Source: an uncultured Chloroflexia bacterium (GTDB lineage Bacteria; Chloroflexota; Limnocylindria; Limnocylindrales; CSP1-4). From it: a stretch of DNA of 64,000 nt. Both the position numbers and the translations under genes were made by a program. The stretch covers positions 224,001 through 288,000 of the forward strand of contig CAVPPB010000002.1 of the NCBI GenBank assembly GCA_963707215.1, given 5' to 3'. Below, piece by piece: positions 1 through 9,573 of the stretch. Position 1 is the stretch's first letter; every line of letters starts with the position of its first letter. The notes under the pieces are model-generated. The model saw nothing but the letters and a program-made list of their open reading frames with translations, ran no database searches and was not told where the DNA came from.

Positions 1-611
1 GAGAGGTCACACGCGAGGCGATGTGCCATGAAGCCGCCGTTCGAATGGCCGACGGCGAAGATCCGCTTCGGATCGATGGTGTAGCGGGCGCCGACATCGT
101 CGATGACCGCCCTGAGATAGGCGACGTCGTCGACACCGGTCCGTCCGAAGTCGCAGCAGGCATCGGTTGCGTTCCAGAAGCGGAGGCCGTTCCCGCCGGG
201 GACGCCGTTCGGCAGGGCCAGCAGGAATCCCCGCTCGTCCAGGATCGTGCCGAATCCGAACAGCTCGTCCGCCACGACACCATCCGTGCCGTAGCCGTGC
301 AGCACGATGACCAGCGGCATCGGCGTCCCGGCGCGATAGCCGTTCGGCACCCGCAATGCGTAGGGGCGGGCCAGGATCAGCGGATCGCCGCTCGGTTCGG
401 GCGTCGCCGTGCTCGGCTCGGGCGTCCCCGTGCTCGGTTCGGGCGTCGCCGTGCTCGGCTCGGGCGTCCCCGTGCTCGGCTCGGGCGTCCCCGTGCTCGG
501 AGCATAGGTCGCGCTTCCCCCGTTACAGGCTGCGACCAGCCCGACGAGGGCGAGGACCGCGGGTCCGGTCCAACGGAGTGCTGAGAGCGGGGCGGAGCGC
601 ATCTCGCCCAT
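1..611 (-). CDS. Lipoprotein esterase of the PHB-depolymerase/LpqP alpha/beta-hydrolase type (3' end runs off the window)
   Basis: Absent from the ORF track because there is no stop in the window. Manual translation: MGEMRS..LVAAC (lipobox), a PSTGTPE repeat linker, PLVIVLHGYG, WNATDACC, DDVAYL and the GHSNGG nucleophile elbow. Confidence 0.85.
   Translation of the reverse strand, partial: MGEMRSAPLSALRWTGPAVLALVGLVAACNGGSATYAPSTGTPEPSTGTPEPSTATPEPSTGTPEPSTATPEPSGDPLILARPYALRVPNGYRAGTPMPLVIVLHGYGTDGVVADELFGFGTILDERGFLLALPNGVPGGNGLRFWNATDACCDFGRTGVDDVAYLRAVIDDVGARYTIDPKRIFAVGHSNGGFMAHRLACDL
391..499. repeat. 21-bp tandem repeat (about 5 units) encoding a PST(G/A)TPE linker
   Basis: gctcgg(c/t)tcgggcgtc(c/g)ccgt units are directly visible. 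Confidence 0.95.
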
Positions 612-656
612 ACAACCGCGCGACGCGCGAGAGTGCAACCCGATGCCTGCCGGATG

Positions 657-900
657 GGCAGGTTCGCGCTCATCGCCGCGACCGTCCTCGTGGTCCTGGT
701 CCTGGTCCTGGTCCCGGCCGTCGGCCCCTTCTGCGAGCTGGCGCAGGCGCGGCCGCGCAACCTGGACTCGGAGCCCCGCTGGATCATCGCCATACCAGCG
801 GCACTCGTCGTATCGTCGTCCAGCTGCTGGCAGCGATCTGGCGTCGGTCGTCGCTTCCCCTGCCTGTCGCGACCCCGGACATGGTGGCTCTCCGAAGCTC
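657..900 (+). pseudogene. Degenerate copy of the 3' end of the M28 peptidase gene (about 11034-11270)
   Basis: FALIAATVLV..VPAVGPFCELAQARPRNLDSEPRWIIAIPAALV aligns with FALVATTVLV.LVPAIDTFYQLAQPRPGNLDSQVLWIVAIPAALV. The frame is broken afterwards. Confidence 0.85.
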
Positions 901-1042
901 ACGTGGCGGGCATCCAGGGCGAGCCCTGACGCCGGAGTGCCTCGACCGCGCCGGCAGCGAACATGCCACGCCGGCGCTTCGCTACGATCGCCTCCCCGCA
1001 TCGCCGGAGCCTGCCGGATCGGGGTCCAGGCGAAGGAGCGTC

Positions 1043-1330
1043 ATGGCGGTCAAGGTCATCGTCGAGCTGAAGGCCGAACCAGGGCGACGCGACGAGCTGC
1101 GATCGCTCATCGAGCAGCTCGCCACCCGCGATCGACCGAGCGGCTACCACGGGAGCACCTACTACGAGTCGCTCGACGACCCCGACCTGCTCATCGACAT
1201 CGCCGACTGGGAGTCGCCCGAAGCCCGGATGACGCACCTCGCGAAGGCCATGGCCGCCGGTTCGTACGGTCCGGTGCTCGAGTTGCTGGCGGGGCCCTTC
1301 CGGGCGACGGTCATCCGCCGGCTGCCCTGA
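1043..1330 (+). CDS. Antibiotic biosynthesis monooxygenase (ABM) family protein
   Basis: AAGGAG RBS, then MAVKVIVELKAEPGRRDEL...DWESPEA; 95 aa. Confidence 0.8.
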   Translation: MAVKVIVELKAEPGRRDELRSLIEQLATRDRPSGYHGSTYYESLDDPDLLIDIADWESPEARMTHLAKAMAAGSYGPVLELLAGPFRATVIRRLP

Positions 1331-1402
1331 GCCCTGGATCCGCGTCTGGTACCGTCCGGCGACCCTCGGCACCCTCCGTCCGGGGCCAGTCGAGGTGTCC
1401 AC

Positions 1403-1990
1403 GTGGAACCGCTGCGTCCCGATCAGCAGCGCGCGGCTGCGCTGACGCTCGCCGAGGCGTTCGCGAACGACCCCCTGCTCGAGATCCTTGCCCCTGACCA
1501 GGCGCGGCGGGTGAAGCTCGGGCCGCCGATGATGGACATCCTCCTGGCATACGGCCTGCGCTACGGCCGCGTGTGGGCGAACGACGACGCGTCCGCCGTG
1601 GCGATCTGGCTCCATCCCGAGGGTGGGCCGATGACCATGCCCCGGATGCTCCGGGTCGGCATGTGGCGGGCGCCCTTCATCCTCGGGCTGCAGGGCATGG
1701 GCCGGATGTCGAGGGCGATGTCCGCCACCGAAGGCTTCCACAAGCAGGTGGAGGGGCCGCACTGGTATCTCATGACCATCGGGACCCGGATGGCCAGGCA
1801 GGGGCAGGGGCTCGGCTCGCAGCTCGTCGAGCTGGGGACGTCACAGGCGGATGATGCCGGTGTGCCCTGCTACCTCGAGACCGGGACGGACTCCAACATC
1901 GCCTTCTACCGGAAGCGCGGGTTCGAGATCATCGGCCAGGCGGACTGCTACGGGTACACGCTCACCGGCATGATCCGCCCGCCGCGATAG
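1403..1990 (+). CDS. GNAT N-acetyltransferase (puromycin acetyltransferase-like subfamily)
   Basis: LAEAFANDP, HWYLMTIGT, RQGQGLGS (acetyl-CoA motif A) and YLET..N..FYRKRGF. Confidence 0.9.
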   Translation: MEPLRPDQQRAAALTLAEAFANDPLLEILAPDQARRVKLGPPMMDILLAYGLRYGRVWANDDASAVAIWLHPEGGPMTMPRMLRVGMWRAPFILGLQGMGRMSRAMSATEGFHKQVEGPHWYLMTIGTRMARQGQGLGSQLVELGTSQADDAGVPCYLETGTDSNIAFYRKRGFEIIGQADCYGYTLTGMIRPPR

Positions 1991-1999
1991 CCGGCGAAC

Positions 2000-2015
2000 T
2001 GGCGCGCCCGCAGGG
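2000..2015 (-). repeat. Copy of tRNA-Arg 3' end (att-like core, 15/16)
   Basis: tggcgcgcccgcaggg versus tggcgcgcccggaggg at 23650; intergenic. Confidence 0.7.
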
Positions 2016-2081
2016 GGGTGCTCCCCCACCCTGTTCGACGACCTGGCCTCAGTCAGTGGGTGCCCCTGCTAGCATCCACGG

Positions 2082-2999
2082 ATGCCTGGAGCGGCGCGGC
2101 CGCGGTCGTCCCTTCCCGCGACCTCCGCCGGCACGAGCACCCGCGCCTTCACCCCAGTCGACTGGGGGCTGCTGGTGATCGTCGCCCTCGGATGGGGCTC
2201 GTCGTTCTCCTTCATCGCGATCGGCCTCGGATCGTTCGCGCCAGGCGTGGTCACGATGGCGCGGATCGGGCTTGCCGCCGCGGTCCTGGCACTGTCCGCA
2301 CGGGCACGAGCGCCGGTCGCCCGCGACGACCTCGGTCGCATCGCTCTCCTGGGCGCCGCGTGGGTCGCCATCCCCTACACGCTCTATCCGATCGCCCAGC
2401 AGTGGATCGACTCGTCGGTCGCCGGGATGATCAACGGAGCCATGCCGATCTTCGCGGCGCTGTGGGCGACGCTGCTGCTGCGCCGTCCGCCAGGGTGGCG
2501 CCAGGTGCTCGGCATCGCCGTCGGGTTCGTCGGCATCGTCCTCGTCTTCGTGCCCGAGCTCCAGAGTGGCCCGTCCGCCGCTGGAGGGGCGCTGGTCGCG
2601 CTCCTGGCTGTCTCGTTCTTCGGTCTTGGCGTGAACCTGGCGGTTCCCTTGCAGCAGAAGTACGGAGCCCTGCCCGTGATCCTGCGGGCACAGGTCGCGG
2701 CCTTCGTCATGGTGCTGCCGCTCGGGCTGCTGGGCATCCCCGCGTCGACGTGGGCCTGGGACGCGGCGCTGGCCATGCTCCCGCTCGGCATCTTCGGCAC
2801 CGGCATCGCGTACGCGGCCATGGCCACGCTCGCCGGTCGCGTCGGCGGCTCGCGAGCCGCAGTCACGATCTACTTCGTCCCGCTCGTCGCCGTCGTCCTT
2901 GGCGTGGTCCTGCTCGGCGAGTCCGTCGCCCTGTCCGCCGTCGTCGGAGTCGCCCTGGTCCTGATCGGGGCCGTGAGCGCGTCCCGCCGAGAGCGCTAG
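2082..2999 (+). CDS. DMT/EamA family transporter
   Basis: About 10 hydrophobic segments; WGSSF, SSVAGMING..P and LGVVLLGE motifs. Confidence 0.9.
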   Translation: MPGAARPRSSLPATSAGTSTRAFTPVDWGLLVIVALGWGSSFSFIAIGLGSFAPGVVTMARIGLAAAVLALSARARAPVARDDLGRIALLGAAWVAIPYTLYPIAQQWIDSSVAGMINGAMPIFAALWATLLLRRPPGWRQVLGIAVGFVGIVLVFVPELQSGPSAAGGALVALLAVSFFGLGVNLAVPLQQKYGALPVILRAQVAAFVMVLPLGLLGIPASTWAWDAALAMLPLGIFGTGIAYAAMATLAGRVGGSRAAVTIYFVPLVAVVLGVVLLGESVALSAVVGVALVLIGAVSASRRER

Positions 3000-3152
3000 C
3001 CCTGTACCTCCGGTCCGCCCGGCCCGAGCCCAGGTCCGGTGCCTGCGCGACTCCGGATGCCGCTCGTGCTCCGAGCTGCGATTCGCCATGCCCGGTCCCC
3101 GGGCTTGCCATCCAGTGGACGCGCGGAGAGCGGCATCGGCGGAGCCGTCGGG

Positions 3153-3809
3153 TCAGGCCCGGTGCTCCACCGCGGGAGATCCGGGTCCGCGGAGTCCACC
3201 CACGAACGTGGCGACTGCCGTGTCCAGGAGCGACTCGGCGGTGTGGGTGTCGTCCTCGAATCGGATCTCGCGTTCCAGCACCAGGGTCACGATCCCGTGC
3301 AGCAGCGCCCAGCCGACGCGGGTCGTATCGACCGGGTCGCGTCCGGCAGGGATGGCACATGCCGCGACGCAGTCGCTGAAGAACGTGTAGGAGCCGCGAC
3401 CGGCAGCGACGGTCTCCGGGTACTCGGTGAAGGTCAGAGCGTGCTCGCCGAACAGCACGCGGTAGCGACCCCGGTTGCCAAGGCCGAACCGGACATACGC
3501 CCGCATGATGGCTTCGAGGCGTCCGAACGGCTCTGGCCCGACGGCCGCCGCCGCGGATCCCACTGCCGAGTGAAGTGCTCGGTATGCCTCCGCGGCAAGG
3601 TCAGCGAGCAGGGCCTCCTTGGTGGGGAAGTGGTGGTAGAGAGCGGCGTCTGACACGCCGAGCCGCCGCGCCACGGCGCGCAGGCTTGCCGAGTGCAGTC
3701 CGTCCTGGTCGATCAAGTCGCGCGTGCTGTCGAGGACGGCGGCACGGAGGTTCCCATGGTGGTACCGACCGGCCGGCTTGCCGCGATCAGGGTCGGGTGT
3801 CCGGTCCAT
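3153..3809 (-). CDS. TetR/AcrR family regulator (WHG-type C-terminal domain)
   Basis: YHHGNLR, SLRAVARRLGVSDAALYHHFPTKEALL and WALLHG. Confidence 0.92.
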   Translation of the reverse strand: MDRTPDPDRGKPAGRYHHGNLRAAVLDSTRDLIDQDGLHSASLRAVARRLGVSDAALYHHFPTKEALLADLAAEAYRALHSAVGSAAAAVGPEPFGRLEAIMRAYVRFGLGNRGRYRVLFGEHALTFTEYPETVAAGRGSYTFFSDCVAACAIPAGRDPVDTTRVGWALLHGIVTLVLEREIRFEDDTHTAESLLDTAVATFVGGLRGPGSPAVEHRA

Positions 3810-3837
3810 TGACGTCTATCTTAGCAGTGCTTAGACT
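3809..3837 (+). promoter_or_regulatory. Sigma70-type promoter for the hydrolase-methyltransferase operon with an embedded candidate TetR operator
   Basis: TTGACG (3809-3814), 17 bp, TAGACT (3832-3837); imperfect palindrome tcttagcagtgcttaga (3819-3835). Confidence 0.7.
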
Positions 3838-3889
3838 GGCCCGTACGCGCTCGGGCCGTCACGCGGCTCCGATTCCCAGGAGGGCTGCG

Positions 3890-4918
3890 ATGGCACGACA
3901 CGATCCAGGCCTGTACCGGCCGGCGGAAGACCGGCTCATCGGCCACTACGGTGTCGAGGTTCGCGAGCATCTCGTCCCGACTGGTGCTGACGGTCACACC
4001 GTGCGCGTCCTGGAGACCGGCTCGGGACCGGCCACGCTCTTCGTGCATGGCTCCCCGAATGCCGCGGCCACCTGGCTCGGGCTGGCGGCCCTGCTTCCGG
4101 ATCGGCGCTGCCTCATGCTCGAGCGACCCGGCGCCGGGCTCAGTCCGTCCATGCCCTGGACGGATCACCGGGCGCAGACCGTGCAGATCCAGTCGGCGGT
4201 CCTGGACCACCTCGAGGTGCGCGAGGTCGACACGGTGGGGTCCTCGTTCGGCGGCCTCTACGTGCTCAACCTCGCTCTCGCCCGTCCGGAGCGGGTGCGC
4301 CGCGTGTTGCTGATCGGTTCGCCTGGAGGGCTTGCATCGCTGCCCTATCCGGCCGTCATCCGCGGCCTGTCGCTCCCCATTCCCGCGTTCCTGCTCGCCA
4401 GGGCACTCAGGCCCGACTCGAGCGGCGCACGCGAGATGTTCGCCCAGATCGGGCACGATGAGTCCGTTCGCGCCGGAGCGATACCGCCGGTCGTCTTCGA
4501 CTGGTACTCCGCACTGCTCCGCCACACGGACACCCTGCCGAACCTCGCTCGCGAGGTGCGCGCCATCGCGACGCCGGTCGGCTATCGGGCTCGTGCGACC
4601 CTCGCCCCCCGGGACCTGGCTGGGCTCTCCCGGCCGGTCGACCTGGTGTGGGGAGGCCGCGACCCGTTCGCCACCCCGGCCCAGGCCGACGCAGCCGCGA
4701 CCGTCATGGGAGCACGGGTCGAGCATCATCCCGGGCTGGGGCACCTGCCCTGGATGGACGACCCAGCGCTGGTTGCCGACTCGATGCGGGCGCTCCTTGG
4801 GCCCGCGCCGCCGGCCTCACGTGTGACCCACGAGGCGCCGGCTGCACGCCCGGTGGCCCCCGGGCGCTCTGCCGTCGCGAACCGGCGCGTCCAGGTCGGG
4901 GGACGCCCCCGGCCATGA
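3890..4918 (+). CDS. Alpha/beta fold hydrolase
   Basis: AGGAGG RBS; FVHGSP, GSSFGG, WGGRDP and GHLPW. Confidence 0.9.
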   Translation: MARHDPGLYRPAEDRLIGHYGVEVREHLVPTGADGHTVRVLETGSGPATLFVHGSPNAAATWLGLAALLPDRRCLMLERPGAGLSPSMPWTDHRAQTVQIQSAVLDHLEVREVDTVGSSFGGLYVLNLALARPERVRRVLLIGSPGGLASLPYPAVIRGLSLPIPAFLLARALRPDSSGAREMFAQIGHDESVRAGAIPPVVFDWYSALLRHTDTLPNLAREVRAIATPVGYRARATLAPRDLAGLSRPVDLVWGGRDPFATPAQADAAATVMGARVEHHPGLGHLPWMDDPALVADSMRALLGPAPPASRVTHEAPAARPVAPGRSAVANRRVQVGGRPRP

Positions 4919-5577
4919 GCCTGCTCGGAGAGGCCTTGGCCACTGTCTGGCACAGGATGGGCGCCTGGCCCTATGACCGGATCTACCGTCGCGGGGCTCC
5001 ATGGGAGGGCGCGCCCCGCAAGGAGCTCGTCGAGCTGCTGGAGTCTGGTCGCCTGTCGCCAGTGGTGGCGGGCGGTCCCCGAGCGCTGGATGTGGGCTGC
5101 GGTTCGGGCGCAGACACGATCCTGCTGTCCGATCATGGCTTCGATGCTGTCGGGGTGGACTTCTCGACCGTCGCCCTGGAGAAGGCGAGGACGGCCGCGG
5201 GGGACCGCCCAGGCGTCTCGTTCGTGCAGGCCGATCTGTTCGCCCTCCCGGATCAGGTCACGGATCTGCAGTACGACCTGATCTTCGACGGCGGGACGCT
5301 CGATGACTTCCCGGCGGCCCGTCGCCAGGAGCTCGCCCGGATCCTCACCCGCCTGGCTCGACCAGGGGCCGTCCTGGTCCTGTGGTGCTTCTCCGCGGAT
5401 CCTGCCGAGCTCCCCCTGATGAGCCTCCGCGGACCCAGCAGGATGGGGGGTATCGGCGTCTCGCCGGCCGAGGTAGCAGCCAGCTTCGGGGCTGCCTGGG
5501 AGATCGAGCGGCTTGATGAGTCCCGGCCGGGAGGTAGGTCGGCCTTCTACTGGATGACGCGGCGATCTTCGGGGTGA
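4915..5577 (+). CDS. Class I SAM-dependent methyltransferase (TPMT/TehB-like)
   Basis: ALDVGCGSG, GVDFS and YDLIFD; ATGA overlap with the upstream gene. Confidence 0.9.
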   Translation: MSLLGEALATVWHRMGAWPYDRIYRRGAPWEGAPRKELVELLESGRLSPVVAGGPRALDVGCGSGADTILLSDHGFDAVGVDFSTVALEKARTAAGDRPGVSFVQADLFALPDQVTDLQYDLIFDGGTLDDFPAARRQELARILTRLARPGAVLVLWCFSADPAELPLMSLRGPSRMGGIGVSPAEVAASFGAAWEIERLDESRPGGRSAFYWMTRRSSG

Positions 5578-5701
5578 TGGGGCGGCCGGGCCTCGCTTCG
5601 GCCCGCGACCGATCAGCTCGCTGATCCGACGGCCACCCCCTGCGGGCCCGGAGATGGTGGCTCCCCGAGGCTGACGCGGTGGGCGGTCAAGGGCGAGCAC
5701 C

Positions 5702-5739
5702 TGGCGCGCCCGGAGGCGGTCGGGCGCGAAGGAACGACA
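5702..5739. repeat. att-like scar: tRNA-Arg 3' core plus conserved arm
   Basis: tggcgcgcccggaggc ggtc gggcgcgaaggaacgaca. Confidence 0.8.
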
Positions 5740-5956
5740 CGTGCTGGTCGACCGCGCGGGAAGTCGGGACGTTGTCCTCTAGCACGCGCCTTGCGAGAGC
5801 AGGACCGTGGGCCCCGACAGCCCATGGCCGGCCCGCCATCCGGGCGCGCGACCACGGGCTCCTGTGAGTGGAGGACGCGGCGGAGCAGATCGTATACGAC
5901 ACCGGATCGACGGTGGTCAGCCCCCGGCCACCGGGATGGAAGCACCTGGAGGGCGC

Positions 5957-8900
5957 ATGTCACCGATGAGGATCAAGCAAGTGATGGCGGCCATCGTCAT
6001 GGCCGCGCTGGTGGCGATGGCCGTACCCATCGGAGCGGCAGCCACGCCCGCCGACGACGTCGTCGAGGTCACGCTGCTGCACACCAACGACTTCCATGGA
6101 CGACTCGAGGCGGACAGCTCCGGTCGTGGAGGATCGGCGAACATCGCCGGGGTCGTCGAGAGCATCAGAGCCGACGTCGGCGAGGACAACGTCGCCCTGC
6201 TGGACGCCGGGGACGTGTACTTCGCGGCGCCCGCCATCTCTCAGCTCCTGATGGGCGAGAGCACCATCGACGTCTACAACCTGATGGGCTACGACGTCGC
6301 CACCTTCGGCAACCACGAGTTCGACAAGGGTCAGGAGGAGCTCGCGACACGCGTCGCCCAGTCGCAGTTCCCGTGGCTGGGTGCGAACGTCGTGCTCGAA
6401 GGCACGGACTGGGACCTGCCCGAGTGGGCGGAGCCGTATGCGCTGCTCGAGGTCGGCGGGATCACGCTTGGCGTCCTCGGACTCGCCGGTGAGGAGACCC
6501 CCGAGGTCACCCTGCTCGGCACCACCGAGGGCCTGATCTTCAAGGACCTGACCGAGACGATCCTGCACTACTACGACACCGTGATGGCCGAGGCCGACGC
6601 GATGGTCGTGCTCGTCCACATGGGCACCGCCGACAGCGGCCCGTACCAGGGGCTCGAGTCGGTGGCCCAGGAGCTGATCGATGCCGGGAAGCCGGTCGAC
6701 CTCATGATCGGCGGCCACCAGCACCAGGCCCTGTTCGCTCCCGTCTACGTCGGTGACACGGCGATCGTTGCGGCCGGCTACTACGGGCGCTGGCTGGGCC
6801 AGGTGGACGTGTCGATCGACCCGTCGACCAAGGATCTGACCGTCAGCTCCTACAAGCTCCACGCCATCACCGAGTGGACCGGGAAGACGGCCGCCCTGAA
6901 GAGCGCGGTCGAGGGCTACTACGCGAGCGGCGCCATCGCCGACGAGGGCATCTTCGACAGCCTGATGGCGAAGCTCGACACTGCCACGGCGTCGATCGAG
7001 CGCGGCCAGACGAAAGCGGCCGCCAACAAGCTCAGCGCGTTCGTCAATCAGCTCGAGGCGCTCAGCGGGAAGAAGGTCGATGCCTCGGCGGCGGAGGCTC
7101 TGATCGCCAGTGCCGAGATGCTCGCGTTCACGCTGCCCGATCCGGCGGTAGCCGACCTCGTGGACTACTGGGCCGAGGTCGTTGCCCCGATCGTCAACGA
7201 GCCGGTCGGGTACACCAACGTGAGCCTGGTCCGCGACTACAACGACGAGTCGGTCATGGGTGACATCGTCAGCGACTCCATGCTGTGGTCGGCCGACTCG
7301 TACGACGACGGCGAGCTCAACGGCTCGGTCGATGTCGCCTTCACCAACCCGGGAGGGCTGCGGGCCGACATCACGATCCCCGACGGGGCCGCCCTGCCGT
7401 ACACCGTGACCTGGGGCGACACCTTCGACGTGCTGCCGTTCGGGAACACGCTGTACCTGATGGACCTCACCGGAGCCCAGATCCAGGAGATCCTCGACCA
7501 GGCGGCCACGCTCTACAAGGGCATGCTGCAGACGTCGGGGGCCGAGTGGTACTGGTACAACGACTGCGGCTGCGCCACGCCGACGGCGTGGGGCGCCTAC
7601 GGGGTGGAGATCGGCGACGAGCCGCTCGTCCGTGACGAGGTCTACCGGGTGGTGACCAACAACTTCCTGGCCGGTGGCCAGGACGGCTGGGTCACCTTCG
7701 CCGACGGCACCAACCGCTGGGACACGTACTACGACATGCAGCAGGGATTCGTGGAGTACATCGAGATGCTCGACGTGATCGACGCCGAGGACATCCCGAT
7801 GGATCGGATCGCCCGCCTCGATGACGTGGTGACGATGCTCCACACCAACGACACCCACGGCACGTGGCCGGAGACCTACTACTACGGCGCGCCCGAGGGC
7901 TTCGCGTTCCTGGCCGACACGATCGCGAAGGAGCGGGCCCACAACCCGAACGCTCTCCTGCTCGATGCCGGTGACACGTTCCAGGGCAATGCCTTCGCCC
8001 AGTACTTCCGCAACGCCGATCCCAACCCGATCGCCGGTGGGATGAACCTGCTCGGCTACGACGCGATGACGATCGGCAACCACGAGTTCAACTTCGGTCC
8101 GGCGACGTTCGCCACCATGCTCGGCCAGCTCGACGCGCCGCTCCTGGGGACGATCAACCTCGACGACGACGGGTCCTACGGCTTCATCAACGAGAACGTC
8201 CAGGACTACATCAACCTCGAGGTCGACGGCCTGAAGGTGACGGTCTTCGGGCTCACCAACCCGCGGGTCTACCGCTACGAGTTGCCCACGAACATCCCCG
8301 GCCTGACGTTCTACTCGGGCCTGGACACCGGGTTCGCGGCGGTACCCGAGATCCTGACGGCGGAGAGCCCGGACCTGCTGGTCGGCCTCACCCACATGGG
8401 GTACTCGCCCTACGGCGACGAGATCGACAGCGACGTGCTCCTGGCCGAGGGCGTCGCCGGGATCGACGTGATCATCGGCGGGCACAGCCACACCTTCCTG
8501 GACCAGGCCGTGATGGTGACGTCCGCCACCAACCCGGACGGGACGCTCGTCGCCCAGTCCGGGCGCTACGCCCTGAACCTGGGGCAGGTCAACGTCGGGT
8601 TCATCGACGGTGAGGTCGTGCTCCGCGAGGGCTATCTGATCCCGGCCACCGAGGCCCAGGTCGACCCCGAGATGGAGGCATACCTGCAGCCCTTCGTGGG
8701 TGAGCTCGACGCCTACACCAGCACCGAGATCGGCCAGACCACGGCCCCGATCGACGCGCTCCAGGCGTATACGCAGGAGACGAACGGCGCCAACCTGCAG
8801 GCCGACGCCGCCGTCTACGAGCTCGAGACCAACGGTGTCACGGTCGACCTCCACCTGTCCGGTGCGATGTCGAACCGCAAGGTCGCGGACGGCGCGACGC

Positions 8901-9412
8901 CGGCGAGCCCGGTGACGCTCACCGTCAACGACATGTACACGTTGATGCCGTACGAGAACTCGCTGCTCGTCATGGAGATGAACGGACCCGAGATCAAGCA
9001 GGTGCTCGAGCGCGGGTACCGCAACTACTGGTGGTACACGTACGACCCCGGCACGTGGGGCGGCTACTCCCACTACACGACCTGCATGCTGACGACCAAC
9101 GCGGGCGTGCAGATCACGTACGACGACGGTGGCCCGCTCATGCCGCCCGACGGCGACGATGTGGTGTCGTTGACGATCGACGGCGTGCCGGTGGACTTCA
9201 CCGACGCGAGCACGTACTACAACGTCTCGACGGTGAACTACCTGGCGGCCGGCTCGTGCAACTTCAACGACGCCGGTGTCACGGTCTGGCCGCTCGACCA
9301 GATCGTGGCCGACACGCAGTTCTACGTGCGTGACGCGGTGATCGACTACGTCAGCGCCCAGGTCGGGCCCATCAGTCCGGCGATCGAGGGCCGGTTGGTC
9401 TTCGTCCCGTGA
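5957..9412 (+). CDS. Secreted tandem 5'-nucleotidase/2',3'-cyclic phosphodiesterase (two metallophosphoesterase + 5'-NT C-terminal modules, with an inserted FIMAH-like domain)
   Basis: Signal peptide; LHTND.HG, DAGD, GNHEF and GGH.H motifs each occur twice; NPGGLRA and LPFGN. Confidence 0.92.
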   Translation: MSPMRIKQVMAAIVMAALVAMAVPIGAAATPADDVVEVTLLHTNDFHGRLEADSSGRGGSANIAGVVESIRADVGEDNVALLDAGDVYFAAPAISQLLMGESTIDVYNLMGYDVATFGNHEFDKGQEELATRVAQSQFPWLGANVVLEGTDWDLPEWAEPYALLEVGGITLGVLGLAGEETPEVTLLGTTEGLIFKDLTETILHYYDTVMAEADAMVVLVHMGTADSGPYQGLESVAQELIDAGKPVDLMIGGHQHQALFAPVYVGDTAIVAAGYYGRWLGQVDVSIDPSTKDLTVSSYKLHAITEWTGKTAALKSAVEGYYASGAIADEGIFDSLMAKLDTATASIERGQTKAAANKLSAFVNQLEALSGKKVDASAAEALIASAEMLAFTLPDPAVADLVDYWAEVVAPIVNEPVGYTNVSLVRDYNDESVMGDIVSDSMLWSADSYDDGELNGSVDVAFTNPGGLRADITIPDGAALPYTVTWGDTFDVLPFGNTLYLMDLTGAQIQEILDQAATLYKGMLQTSGAEWYWYNDCGCATPTAWGAYGVEIGDEPLVRDEVYRVVTNNFLAGGQDGWVTFADGTNRWDTYYDMQQGFVEYIEMLDVIDAEDIPMDRIARLDDVVTMLHTNDTHGTWPETYYYGAPEGFAFLADTIAKERAHNPNALLLDAGDTFQGNAFAQYFRNADPNPIAGGMNLLGYDAMTIGNHEFNFGPATFATMLGQLDAPLLGTINLDDDGSYGFINENVQDYINLEVDGLKVTVFGLTNPRVYRYELPTNIPGLTFYSGLDTGFAAVPEILTAESPDLLVGLTHMGYSPYGDEIDSDVLLAEGVAGIDVIIGGHSHTFLDQAVMVTSATNPDGTLVAQSGRYALNLGQVNVGFIDGEVVLREGYLIPATEAQVDPEMEAYLQPFVGELDAYTSTEIGQTTAPIDALQAYTQETNGANLQADAAVYELETNGVTVDLHLSGAMSNRKVADGATPASPVTLTVNDMYTLMPYENSLLVMEMNGPEIKQVLERGYRNYWWYTYDPGTWGGYSHYTTCMLTTNAGVQITYDDGGPLMPPDGDDVVSLTIDGVPVDFTDASTYYNVSTVNYLAAGSCNFNDAGVTVWPLDQIVADTQFYVRDAVIDYVSAQVGPISPAIEGRLVFVP

Positions 9413-9439
9413 CGTGACGTCGATCTGACGTCCTGAGAG

Positions 9440-9476
9440 GACGACGAGGCCGGGGGTTCCCGCCCCCGGCCTCGTC
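9440..9476 (+). terminator. GC-rich hairpin downstream of the nucleotidase gene
   Basis: gacgaggccggggg...cccccggcctcgtc inverted repeat; no U-tract. Confidence 0.6.
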
Positions 9477-9573
9477 GCGTCGACCGTAGCCAGGCCCACG
9501 CCTGCCGGTCGGCTCTTGCTCACGGCGGCACGTCCGACCAGCGTTGGAGCCTCATTCGACGTGGAGGCGAGCG

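Noticed and set aside
391-499. Tandem repeats (also 52223-52276) as CRISPR or regulatory arrays
   Set aside because: Unit lengths are multiples of 3 with no spacers, and they encode Pro/Thr-rich protein linkers.
7884-7900. cggcgcgcccgaggg resembling the att core
   Set aside because: It lies in frame inside the nucleotidase gene (YGAPEG) with no arm motif; a chance match in GC-rich DNA.
5960-9523. Long antisense ORFs (1187 aa here; also 11042-12865, 40148-42691, 51911-53809 and others)
   Set aside because: Shadow ORFs of real genes caused by high-GC codon bias; no recognisable motifs.
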